Position numbers and translations under genes: made by a program
Notes under the pieces: generated by a model
What the model saw: only the letters and a program-made list of their open reading frames with translations
What the model was told of the DNA's origin: nothing
Database searches by the model: none
NCBI GenBank assembly: GCA_030264375.1
Contig: JASCQW010000154.1
Span: forward strand, 4,107,011 to 4,170,873
Direction: 5' to 3'
DNA: 63,863 nt
Source of the DNA: Carcharhinus longimanus
Lineage: Eukaryota
Part shown: positions 1-12,398 of the stretch, in pieces
Layout of the letters: every line of letters starts with the position of its first letter
How positions within the stretch are numbered: the stretch's first letter is position 1

Positions 1-246
1 TGGATCACCGGTTCTTCTCTCTCACCAACCCCCCAACACCACCCCCCCCCCCACCCCGCCTCCCCCAAATAAAGCAATTCACGTATACAGTAGACTTGTC
101 TCACAATTAAAACTTAAGGACCAGTTTCTTCTTGTATTGTTTTTAAAACAGCCTTTTCTTCTGCACATGCTAATTTGGAGAAAGCAATCTTATAAATACA
201 ACAGAGACGTAAACAATAACACAATCTAAAACAGCTAAAGCTTAAA

Positions 247-268
247 TAGGCAGCTTCATGTTGTCGGG
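247..268 (-). promoter_or_regulatory. miR-196 full-length complementary target site in the HoxB8 3' UTR
   Basis: mRNA-sense CCCGACAACATGAAGCTGCCTA pairs with all 22 nt of the miR-196 encoded at 17152-17173: 19 Watson-Crick and 3 G:U pairs. HOXB8 is the established miR-196 cleavage target. Confidence 0.92.
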
Positions 269-339
269 AGTTTTCTTTAAGCTAATGGTCATTAGCTGAA
301 ATAGTGCATACAGCTTAAATATTCTACAGCAGTATTTCA

Positions 340-371
340 ACACACACACACGCACACACACACACATACAC
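340..371. repeat. (CA)n microsatellite in HoxB8 3' UTR
   Basis: Visible imperfect CA run (acacacacacacgcacacacacacacatacac). Confidence 0.85.
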
Positions 372-649
372 ATTAGGACATTGATCTATGAACTTTACAT
401 TTAAATACTTTTACAAGAATCCACTTGAAACAACTACAGGGCTACACAACCACATGAATACATCTGGTAAAAAGTTGGGATACTCGTTTTAATCTACACC
501 TCCATACATTTGCATACAATATTGTGTATCAAACAGTAATCGGTAAAATTTGTTCTGCTTCTCACACCCGCACTGTTAAAAACTGTCTACATGATTCTAT
601 TCATACCCCCTCGGGTTGACGTTTTATGTTTTAAATTAGTTTTTTATTA

Positions 650-927
650 TTAATCTTTTTCTTCGTCTTCTTTTACTTCCTTTTCCTTTGGAGTTTCTTC
701 TATTTCGGACTTGCTGCTGGGAAACTTGTCTTTGTTATTTTCCTTCTTCCATTTCATTCTTCTGTTCTGGAACCAAATTTTGACCTGCCTCTCGGTCAGT
801 CCCAGAGCGTGTGACACTTCGATCCGCCGTTTGCGAGTCAGGTATGGATTGAACAAAAATTCTTTTTCAAGTTCTAGTGTCTGATAGCGACTGTATGTTT
901 GTCTTCCCCTGCGCCGTCCTGCAGCTA
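650..927 (-). CDS. hoxb8: Homeobox protein Hox-B8, coding exon 2 (homeodomain)
   Basis: Polypyrimidine tract then TAG acceptor. Reads (V)[72 protein letters not shown]..., with TAA at 652-650. Spliced CDS is 705 nt (234 aa). A second in-frame acceptor would start the exon at 924. Confidence 0.95.
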
Positions 928-1083
928 CTAGGGAAGAGAGGGAGGAGAAAGAGAGAGGTGGGGGTGGGGGGGGGGGGGCACCAAGAAAGAAAGCTCAATG
1001 AGGCTCTGTAGTTTTTAGGCGAAGGGTTCTAAAACAAGATTTAAACACTATTAAACAGTATTCAACACCGTAGGAAAAATACG

Positions 1084-1230
1084 CCATAAAACTGCAATAA
1101 AACTACAAACAGCATGCAATATACTACACTTCAAAAACCGCTCCAGGATCATTAAAGTATAAAGTAATTTACAAGTACTGAACTTTACAATCATAAAACA
1201 CTAAAGTTTCAAAGTTTCCTTTATTGGCTC
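1084..1230. promoter_or_regulatory. Cluster of Cdx/posterior-Hox-type sites in the HoxB8 intron
   Basis: CCATAAAA, GCAATAAAA, TCATAAAA and TTTATTGG occur within about 150 bp. Function is inferred. Confidence 0.45.
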
Positions 1231-1333
1231 AGGAAATGAACCTTTCTGCGTTTTAAATGTATGTGTGTGTTTTTTAATCCCTCTCCTTTCTGACGGCCTC
1301 TTTATTTCTTGCTGGCCCGTGTCAAAACCTCAC

Positions 1334-1760
1334 CTTGCGGTCTCATCCACGGGAACAGCTGTGTTGGAGATGAACTCTGTTCTGAATTCTCTGCTTCTTC
1401 TCCTAGGCTATTCGCCGTCGACTTGCAGTCGGGATATTGGATCAGTTCGGCCTCTTGCTGGGCGGCGAAAATTGGCTGTCTTTGCAGGGCATCGTAGCTG
1501 TAGAAACTGCCGGCATCCCCGTGACACGTCACCGCACACGGATTTTGTTGGTACGCGGAGGTGGAGAGGGTAGCAGCGCCGTGGTGGTAAAAATCCGGGA
1601 TCTGGCTGGGATGTTGGAAGCTGCCCCCGGTGCCGGGTCCATAAACCACGGTGGGTCTGCCGCTCAGATCCTGGGTGAACCCACAGTCATAATAATTGGG
1701 GCGCAGAGTCTCCCCACTTTTATACTTGGAAAACAGCGAATTCACAAAGTAGGAGCTCAT
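1334..1760 (-). CDS. hoxb8: Homeobox protein Hox-B8, coding exon 1 (427 nt, phase 1 donor)
   Basis: [31 protein letters not shown]...[14 protein letters not shown] closely matches the vertebrate HOXB8 N-terminus and hexapeptide (LFPWMR). Donor is CAAG|GTGAGG at 1334/1333. Confidence 0.96.
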
Positions 1761-4700
1761 TGGGAAGGACTAAGATCTTTCTGCTCAACGGAAGGAACTT
1801 AGTGTTTGCTAATCAGAGAAACAAACAAGCCAATATCTTTTTTTAAAATTAAACCTTCATCTTATTGATCTCAACAAATAGGGTCCTGGTATCACATCTT
1901 CGTGAAGAGGTTCACTCATAAACAGTTTTCTGTGATTTACTTCAGCCCAAATGAGTTGTTTCATATTTTGCCGTCTCTTTTCATGATAATTTGCATTTAT
2001 TACCTCAACCACGTCCTATTGGCTTCGCCTTCTCCGTACGGACACTGCACCGCGTGAAAAGGGAATGGTGAGAGAGAGAGAGGGAATGAGAGAAAGATAG
2101 AGAGGGGGGAATATGCGGATTAATATATTCAACCATGTTCATTACCGGGATATCAGCCGCTTTACAACAGATGAAATACATACGCCACCAAAAGATTGAT
2201 AAGGGGAAGTATCCGCGCTGTTGTGAAGTAAAGGATAGACATTCAGATGTTAATTTCCAAACCATTTAATGAGAATATGCGTCTCTTTTAAAGGTCAGAG
2301 TTACATCAACAAGACATGGCAATACAGTAGCAAACCAAAAATCTAATTACTATCAACTTTGGATCTAATTGCTATTTTTCCTCCCAAGTTATTGCAGCGT
2401 AGCGACAAGTACAGTAATTGACAAACGCAAATTATTTGGGTTTTTTTTATAAAAAAATGTTTTATCTTAAGGAAGGGGGGAATCTAGTGGTATTTAACAA
2501 TTTAATGACCCGTCTTCCTATTATTAATAAAGCCTTTTATCTGGTACTTGGACGGACCCTGGAACAGTAACAGTCATCTGAGAACTATAGGAAAGAGATT
2601 AAGGAACTATAAAGCGTAATAAAAGCACAGCCTGTTATTGTTTATAACATGCAGTGAACGGCAGTTAGTGCTTTTACGAGAGGCTCTGCGCGGAGCTGTA
2701 AAATATAGGTTTTCTGAAGAGGGCACTCCATTGTCGCTTAATATTTTAAATATAGGGCATTTTTATACAAAACAACTGTTATGGACTATTTGCTATTGGA
2801 TGGCATGTTACACCTCACATTTGATCTAATTAGCGGAGTTTTACTTTCCAATCCAGAGGTTTCTTAGTGAAAGCAAATGCACTGGTTCCTAATAAAGGTT
2901 CTTGTAAGCTAGCACAAAGCTCGCTAAGACGCGCATTAATCTGCTTCGAATAAATATATTTTTTATAATAGATCTAATATTTATTTATGCTTCTGTATAC
3001 ACATACAGTATATATAGTTGTAGTGATTTATAAAGTGTTAACATTACATTTTAAAATCGAGTATAAACTTGAGTATTGTAACCTTTGCTCACATTTTCAA
3101 ACTGACCATTTAGTTTTAAACCACTAACGAAACATCATAGTGATGATTTATGGTAAACCTGCATTATTTTAAGTTGATTTTTTGGGGTGATAATTGAAAA
3201 CAAGATATTTCCTACCGCCAAGTAATCAGAAATCGGGTATTGTCAGGCCGAACCATTTTTCTAGCAAACCTCTTTGATTCTTTGATTTTGTGAAGTAGTC
3301 AAAATAATTTATAATTGATCTGACACACCTTGGCAGGTCTCCCGATGCATACTAAATCTAATCACGTATTTCAATTACGTACAAAAGGCTTACTTTGGGT
3401 TAGCATTCGGATTGTCCATAAAAAAAGGTCTCGTCCAAATCAGCAGACTTTACGCCATCGTAACAGTTAAAAAGTTAGTCAAAATAGAACTTGTTAGAAT
3501 GCAAAGTGTAAAGGAAACTGCCGGATATCGGTGACAATGCGAATCTATCCAAATATTATCACAACCAGCGCACAATATATACCGATATTGGAACGTCACA
3601 TATTCTTATTCTGATTATGAATCTCGCAATCATCTGGTCTTTCTATCTAGCCATTGTTAATTTGTCTCTGCATCATTTTGTCCCTCGATTTATCTCCAGT
3701 CTATATATACACACATAACATAATGTTCCTTTATAGTCTCCCAATAATTCGGTGTTGTAGAAACACTGGTGATGCTTGTGCTGCAGGCTTTCTTCAATGT
3801 AATGGCATACCTCAGCTGGCGAGGAATGCACCGATGTTGTAAAAGTATCATTGACTAAAGTTACTGAGTACAGCTGAGGTAGGAAATAATGAAAACCACT
3901 GATAAGAAAATGTTATTAACTTCGAGCACGTGTAGCCTGTGAAATCTGCTCAACTGATCAAGTAACCCAATAAGATAACAGTGATAAAAAGGCGATCGAA
4001 TGCCTTTTAAAGGGGCGGTGTGTGAAGTACCTCATCAATTCTAAAAAAAACCGATTCCGTTCTACAAACGCTGATGCTTGTAAATGATTTGCTTTTTCTA
4101 TAAGTGGCCTTCTGAAAAAAAAACTGCTCGTAATAGGACTGAATGAACTCAGTAGTTCAATAATTCATTGATGGGTTCCTCTTAAAAACTTTTTTCCTTT
4201 CTGACCATTGGTACCTTTGGCTCAGCTTAAACTATTTTAATATTATCTTCTTCTTTTCTCAAGGATCAAGGCCAGCGTTTCGTTTGTAATATAAACTTTT
4301 ACTTTCGATTTTAGTAACAGTATTCACTTTCTGTATCCGCTTCATTCTGTTGAAATGTGCCTCGACCTTAACGCTACTAACGCTAAATATAACGGAACCG
4401 ATTTAAAACAGGTTTACTCTATTCAAAAAGCTAAGTTGATTGAAATGTACTAGTGGTGGGGCATAGACCAAGCAAATACTTAAGAACGTGGCGAAGTTTG
4501 CATAAAAATTCTTTGTTAAGACGCGATCAGCTAGTTCCTTGTTATTGTAACTGACTGATTATCTGAAGATCTTTTTGAGATTTGTAGAAATAAAATGATT
4601 TTTTGGCGACAAAAGTAAACAATATCTACACCGTCCGGTCCGTGAGGGCCCACGTGATTGCTGTTTATTAGGTTTCAGGGCCATGACGTGCTTTAGAGGG

Positions 4701-6892
4701 TTCTGGACTGTTTACTCAATATTGTTTTTCTTTGTGTTTTGATGTGTTTAATCTCTTTATCAGCAACATGATTCATTTAATGGCTGTGATTCCATTTTGT
4801 TCGAAAGTGTTCAAATGCATTTCCTGAGTTTAATTATGAATGCATTCACATATTGTGAATTTCATTTGAAATCTCTATCAATCTTTCTCTCTCCTGCACA
4901 TAGGCGCGCGCGCACACACACACGTGCGTAACGATATTCCAAGTATCTATCGTGAATGTAGATACATTTAAACACACACATCTTAATGAGAGTTACTTGC
5001 AAATGAGTTTTAAAAAGTAAACCTTCTTCCAACGACACTGTTTACAAATGGGACTCTTTATATCTATTTCTATATATTCTATATATTTCCTCTATATTTG
5101 CAATCGAAGCAGATTTCTCACATCTAAGCACTCTGTTCTGATAAATATAAAACAGCACAGCGAGATAGGATATTATAGGTGTTAGTACTAACACATTAAT
5201 TTCACTTTACATTCAGCTGTGACTGTTGTCTGTTATAGTAAGTGGGATGACAGAAATATTACTGATATATGTATGGATCTGTATTATTCTGTATTTATGT
5301 AACTTAATCAGCAGAGATATTATTGATACGTTAAGCAAACGCAAATAATCTAATTGGAATGTAATCTAAAATTAATAGAAAGCAGGATCTTGTGCATAAC
5401 TGAAAACATTACTAACTTTGTCAGATTTGAACTGTAAAACCACGGGCGTGTTATGTTCCTATTAGTGTGTCATATGTACAGACACAAAGGTGGAAATAAA
5501 GGGATGTACTCGCATACAAGCACCTTCATTTTTATGAGTACGTACCCCGCGGGATTGCAATTGTAAAATATAATGTTGTTTATTTTCTATATAGCTAATC
5601 ATATGTCTTCATTTCCTGGGAGAATCATGTGAAATAATTAAAAAGCCAAAAATAAAGTATTACCAGAAATGTTTTATATTCGGCGTCCTTGTGTTAAATT
5701 TTATTTTTAATTAACTTATAGGTAACTGCTATCTATAAAGGTTATTGGAGGAGCATGCGGCATAAAGACTGAAGTAGAGGGGGAAAAACAAGGACAGAAA
5801 CAGAGAAAGAGTAATCCTATTAAAGTATAGTTCTGCCTTTATTTTGGGCGAAATTCCAGTTTTGCTTTTACGTAAGGCGATAATCAGTTCAGTTCTATGC
5901 AAATTCGAATTCAAGAAACTGTCACACGCGTCCTTTCGGTTATATATGAAAAAGCCTGCAAAGCTTGATTTAAGTACCGAGACAAACAGATAAAGGAGTG
6001 GTTACCTAAATTGTTCATGTTTTAAAATCATGCAACAAATAAAAACGAAATCAATAACCTCTGAGAAAGAATAAATCAGCAAGATCTTGGAACTAGTCCG
6101 GAGAAATTGTCCATGCGGATGGCTATTCACTGAAAATGTGTGTGTGTGGCTTGTTGAAAGGAAGACAGTCTCACAAACAATAATCGATACATATACAACA
6201 GTCGAAGATGCATTCAATCGAAAGGCATGTGCACTGAGATATGAGATGTGTAACGGGCCTGCAAGTTAATTTGGAACCGAAGCTTCCCGAGGTGTATTTT
6301 TTCGACGTAACTTACTTCTATAAGTAAATACGTTAGTCTCCCAATGTATTCACAATTTGAAATAGGCAACTGCGAGTCAAACAGACAGTTGTTAGGTTTT
6401 TAGTTGCGTGGAGGTATATTTAAAAGTGCGAATTCCTAGCATTTTATGTATTTCCCAAGTGTAGCAAACCTCGTGATTTCTCTATAATGGGGACCCGTCT
6501 GTAATTATTGACGTTAGTCGTAGATTGTGGAATATTTTGCCGTAAATGGGCGAACTTACTTTATTGTGCTGTCTTCTCGTGCTTATACTGCAGTTTGAAA
6601 ATAACAGGACTGCATAAAACGTGGTCCAGATGAAATCATTGTAATGAAGATAAGTTTCAAATTATCATTAGTGATAAGTTGCATTCGAAGTACTGAACAA
6701 AATAGTTGATTAGGGTAAAGCCTTTTAGGATTAAAAATATACATATCATTTTAAAAGAGGATCAAGCAAGAAAGGCGGGGGAAAGTGAAGTGGAAGCTGT
6801 ATGTTTTTTTTATCTGGGTGTTGTATGTATTGAATTCCAGGTTCTTGTACTATGTCTGCAGAATTGCTACGACTGAGTTTTGGTGGAACAAT

Positions 6893-6907
6893 GCTGCCAC
6901 CTACTGG
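6893..6907 (-). promoter_or_regulatory. CTCF-like binding site between HoxB8 and HoxB9
   Basis: Minus strand CCAGTAGGTGGCAGC matches the CTCF core CCASYAGRKGGCRS. Confidence 0.7.
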
Positions 6908-9900
6908 AATCAGGGCGAAGTATTCTCGACTTCAAAAAAAGGGTGAAAAAAACATAAGCAAATATGCGCAATAGCGCGATAAAATCTGACTGTAAAGAAT
7001 TCATTAGGCCCAAACCGTGGCAAAGGAAGAGTGTTTAAGCTCTTCAATTCCTTCGACAAATACAATCGGAGATCGTACAATAAACCACATCCTAAGTGTC
7101 GTGCTGCAGTGAATTGCTAACAATCTGAATTCCTGAAGGGCTGTAAAGAGGGGTAAGAAGAAAAAGAAAAAAAGGGAAGGAAAGAAAGCTTTCAGGACTC
7201 TATTGTCTCTGAGTCCGAGTCTAAACAATTGAGCATTCTGCTTCAGAATAAAGTCCCAGGCATGGGCGCAGAGCTGTAAACACATCCAAAGACCTTACTC
7301 CAGACGTCTCGCCAGACTCTGTATAGCTTTTTATTGCAGCAATTTCTGGCAGCCTGAAATGGTTAGGAAGTAGAACAAAAGAGGGCGTCGCTTGCTTTAG
7401 AGTCGAAAATGCATATTGGTTACACCACAATATTCACCGCGATTTTCCCTAAACAAATCCAGTTCCTATATATTTCCCTTCAGAAATAAAACACGAAGTT
7501 ATATTTTTATTGCTTGGCGCCTCCAGTTGTAAGTTTAATTTAATAGCTTCTGAAAGTTTTCCCTTTGCTGTGTTTGTTTTACAGACGTTCAATTCTTAAC
7601 CTTCAGAAATTTATACCCTATAAACTTTTACAACGGTCATATTATTTTATTGCAGCACACCACACTGAATTTCCTATAATGATAGACAACTTCCTAACTC
7701 CTCCTCTACTGTGCTAGGCTCATTTCTGCCTTCCCCTTTTAAGTGTTTGTGTCTCTTGTGTTTGGGAAATAATGTTGAACTGAAAATAACTGATATTATA
7801 TTAGTTCTAATATACGACACGCTGATACTGTAATTATTTAGTTCCAGCGCAGTAATAGCTGTTTAAACGGCCACTATGCTATGGAGGTATAAAGTGCTAA
7901 GCATAGATTTATTTGTTAATATAGCCACGAGAGATCCATGGCAGCACTTCCACTGAACCAACCTAAACAGCAGGCTTTTAAAGTGGCGAGAACCCCTCCC
8001 TCCCGTCTAATTATCCCTTGTTGCGTTGTCAACAATATGATAGCAACAAGAAATGTAATCAACAGAAATGCCATCTATATGAACATTCGATAGAATTGAG
8101 CAGCTTTTCTTTCCAAGATTGTGAAATAGCCATCTTACTATTAGAGATTTGTGGATAGGAATGTTATTTCTTGTTTAGAATGTAATTCCTTTAAGTTAAA
8201 GACGCTTCATTAAAATGTCCCATTAGCTATTTGTGGACACATTTTTAATGACATGGTCTAATTGAGTGTGTAATATTTAATTTCGTTTTTACATTTTGTT
8301 CTTTTATCACATTTGTCAATGGAATGTATAGCACATAGGTTGATAGGTTCCTGCATTTATTTATTTTTGTTATGTTATAATTCTAAACTATAATAACTGT
8401 GTGCATAAATCCATATCTGTCTATGCGTAAAGGTATATATATATATATGCACTCATACGTTGATTGGTAGGTAGGTAGATAGATAGATGGATGGATTATA
8501 CATACAGACAAATATAAATTATTTCATCTGCTAAATGGTGAGGTCGACTTAAACCCTCCAAAGAGAATAAAATTACTGAAATAAGGTCTCATTTGTTACA
8601 AAATCAGCTTAAATAGGTCGATTGGAGGAATATTAATTAGCACACTGATTATAATAGCGAGCAATGCGAATAAACTATCAGAATATCGATAACGTTTCCT
8701 TGTCAATAGTGTATGGAAGTTATTTCAGAATATGCAATCTCCTTCATGTGGAAGCACACGAAGAGTCTACTTTTGAATTTCCAGAGCAATTCATATTATT
8801 GCAGAGCTGTTATGCTTAGTGTGCAAAACAAAAAGTAATGAGCTCACCACTTGCCGATATGCATTGGATGATGAAATATGCAAAGTAACCAGCGTTTAAA
8901 TACCTTTAGGACTTTTGTTTCGAATTTATTTTTTTTTTTGCAAAGGACAAAAAAACCCAGAATGTTTCAGATCCTCCAATGACAAGTACACGGAAAATAA
9001 GTGAGCAACTTACGAGATAAGGACCAATTCTCCCAGGTTGAAACCCTAATTTCTGCATTTTACATCCATCCCAACAACTTGAGAATATGTCACACTCAGT
9101 AAGACTCTGTGTTTGAGATTCCTTCATAAGAGGGGGGCATTTCATTGTTTGCGGGGTCACTTTGCTAGTTTTATGCTTCCCCGCGGTTGCAGGCGTTATT
9201 CTACTGATGGCCCGCCATTGTGTCCCGTCCTGAGAAAGGATTTATCGGGAAAACGGGATAAAAATACTGAGCTGCTTTCTATCCGTTGTCTGGTATAAGC
9301 ACTGGCTTTGTCCTCAGAAATTGCTTCGTGGTTTATCAGATAAATAATTTGGTTTTGTTGAAAATTTAGGAGTTGGCTTTCTGCTCAGGCTTCTAAATTC
9401 CTCTGTTCAATGTTTGTAATTATTCAGAGAGCTTATTTAATAAATGCCGCGATTTCCCTTTGTTTTTCTGGGTCTGGTTCTCGTGCATGAGTCACACAGA
9501 GAGCTTCACATTCACAATCAAGAATGAGACAAGACTTTAACAGGAGACACAAGGTCACGGGGAAATACCGTTTCCAATTTTTCAGCAGCATTTTATTTTG
9601 CAGCCGTTTTTGATACATTCACATATTTCCATCTAATGATTGTGGTGTTAGGTGTACAAAGAACGGTGGGTTCAAAATATTTTATACCATTCTGTGGGTT
9701 TAATTTATTATTATTATTAGTAATAAATCACATTAAAATAGTGCAACCGCGCGCTGCTGTTGTCGGAGAGCTCCGGAAAAAAATAACTAAAAGTGAAGGT
9801 CACCTAGAAATGGCAATCATTTCATACAAAATAGTTAGTTCGTTTACCTTAAATGCAAAATCTGCACAAACACAGGAATATAAACAACACTTCCACATCA

Positions 9901-10959
9901 GACAGAGACAGAAATACTGAGAAATATTTAACAAGCTGTCAGCAGAAATGTTACTGCTTCTAAAATGTATCCCTTTGAACTGAACCGTGTTGTCACCCTC
10001 TTTTTATATAACCCGTTCGTCAATCATAATTCGCCAGATTATTCCTAAACAATATTTTATTTCTAAAATGTCATGACATTCTATACGACAAATGGTTAAA
10101 TTTCGCTTCGACAGTTGAACTACAATATTAGAACAACGTTAAGAATGAGCCACGTGGTAAAGCTACCCATAGTTGTACAAACTCTTAGCAAAGGTGAAAG
10201 CTACTAATTTAAACCTTAACAGCATCGTACTGCTCATTAAAACAAAACCGCTAGGCCCACACTCGAACACACAGACAGGGATTACAGAAGAAAGAGATCG
10301 TAAAGTAGACTATCAATCGGTTTAAACAGTAGTTACAATTCCATTGAAAAACACAAATTCTCAAATCAAAGAGATACAGGGATTGGAAAAACAGTACTTA
10401 AATCAACCGCAATATAATACGTCTTCGAAATGGATTATAAACATTCGTTTTTGCATGTAAACAATTAAAATAAAGTCGTGCTAAATCATTAGGAACAATA
10501 AAGATTAAATATATATATTTAATCGTAGGTTAAAAGAATCCAAGCGCTGTTTTGGAACGCGGTCCATCCGGCTCTCGCGTCAAAGGCCAACACCAAAGCA
10601 TTCACAGAAATTGTAGCAATTTATAAATAACGCGAAGTTTCTTTTTAAGCCATAAAGAGAGAAAAGGTGGCGGGATAAAAGGCTCGCTGCTCTCTCTGTC
10701 TGTTATAGTGGATGAGAATGAGAGGAAGTTGTATCTCTTAATATCCTGCAATAAAATCCTTTACACGTGACTCTATTCCCTGAATGAATGCACTAAAATG
10801 TTCGAAATAAATAGCCGAATTGCTGGATGTTAAAACCTTACATTCTGGCCATTCTTTGCTGTGGATGCATGTTGGTTTTCTCAGAACTACCGTGCTTTAA
10901 GGATATATTGCAGTGACAGCAAAAACCTGCTACGCACTAAAGTTTAAACTTAAAGCTAG

Positions 10960-11201
10960 TCACTCGAACTCTTTCACGTGCTCCTTACTGAGTCTTTTCA
11001 TCTTCATCCTCCTGTTCTGAAACCAGATTTTGACTTGTCTTTCAGTCAGGTTGAGAAGCCGAGCTACTTCGTGCCTCCGGTCCCTGGTGAGGTACATGTT
11101 GAACAGAAATTCCTTTTCCAACTCCAGGGTCTGATACTTGCTGTAAGGACATCTTTTTTTCCTTGTCGAGCGAGCGTGTAGCCAGTTTGCAGAAGGATTG
11201 T
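10960..11201 (-). CDS. hoxb9: Homeobox protein Hox-B9, coding exon 2 (homeodomain)
   Basis: Acceptor TTCAG|AC. Reads [91 protein letters not shown] is typical of HoxB9. Absent from the ORF track, so translated manually. Confidence 0.95.
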
Positions 11202-11881
11202 CTGAACATGAGTGAAGGAAAAATAATCAGATCAGAATAAGAATAATTTTGCGATCATATTTTCTCAATGCACTTCTAACATTACAATGCTTATGGTAGG
11301 ATTTTCCCAAAATGATATCGATAGAGCTAAGGATTCAGCTAGCATATATGCATGTATGTATGTGCTGTACTCAGTATTTTCCCTCAGTAAAGTGTATAAG
11401 TAAATTGGAAACATTTGGGCGGTTTAGTTTTTTTTGTTCATCATCAGGCTTGCATTTGGGAAGTAAATTGGAAGACCCGATTGCACTGCATAAGTTGTTT
11501 GATTTCTGCCTTGACTGCAGCTTGACACAAAGATGGTGTGCCGCACATTTTTTTTTGTTCACAAGTTCTTCAGTAGATTAATTCAAACGTAAAATAACAA
11601 GGGGGAATAAGTTTTATTCATTCATTAATTTATTTATTGCCTCCAGGAAGACAGACTGGCAAACCCGTCATTAAAGGTTTGCAGGTGGTTACTTTTGTAA
11701 CCCATAAAACAGAACGGAGGCGTATAAAATAACAAGCAATATAAAACCAGTTAAATACTTGTGGCTAAACTGGAAGCAAACTGCCTTTTAATTGGAACCT
11801 TATTTCAGTCGCGTTTTTGCGTGAGGTTCCTAAACTATTTTTATTCTAAGATAAATCAAGTACATTTCCCGAACAACTTAC

Positions 11882-12398
11882 TTTGTTCTGATGCCTCTTT
11901 GTCTCCCTTCTCTTCACATATACTGTCTTCATAGCACGGCGCTTTCCCGGAGCTAATGGTTTCGCTCTCCAAATACTCGCCATGTATTTTTTGGAGCGCT
12001 GCTGGTAAGGTTTCGCCGCCGGGACCCGCGAGTACCTCTGTTTTCAATGAATCGTGACCGCTGGAAGGCATCCCGGGTAGGGAGACGGCCCTGGGGGTCG
12101 GGTCCAACCAGGACCGCATGTACCTGCTATCAGGCTGAATGGGGTGAGACTGGACGTATGGATGGTACAAAGTGGAGACATTGGTAGAGGACTGAGCGTA
12201 CACGGGGGCCCAAGAAGGACCGAACACGGGGGATTTCGGTTGAAAATTGCAAGCAGGAAATTCAGGGTGCTCTGGGACCCCCGGCTGTCTGGAGACTATA
12301 TACTGGCCCGAAGCAAACTTTGTTGCAGGCGATCCCTCGCTTTCATGACTTATAAGTGAATCGACAAAATAGTTACTAATAGCACCAGAGATCGACAT
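11882..12398 (-). CDS. hoxb9: Homeobox protein Hox-B9, coding exon 1 (517 nt, phase 1 donor)
   Basis: MSISGAISNYFVDSLISHESE...FPACNFQPKSPVFGPSWAP...SRYMRSWLDP resembles the HOXB9 N-terminal domain. The ATG is at 12398 (the ORF track starts at an upstream TTG). Donor is CAAA|GTAAGT. Spliced CDS is 759 nt (252 aa). Confidence 0.95.

Noticed and set aside
957-978. G-run in the HoxB8 intron as an RNA G-quadruplex
   Set aside because: It is C-rich on the transcribed sense strand and forms part of the acceptor polypyrimidine tract.
1265-1802. Plus-strand ORFs overlapping HoxB8 exon 1, and similar ones over HoxB9 and HoxB10 exons
   Set aside because: Antisense shadows of GC-rich coding exons with no recognisable protein features.
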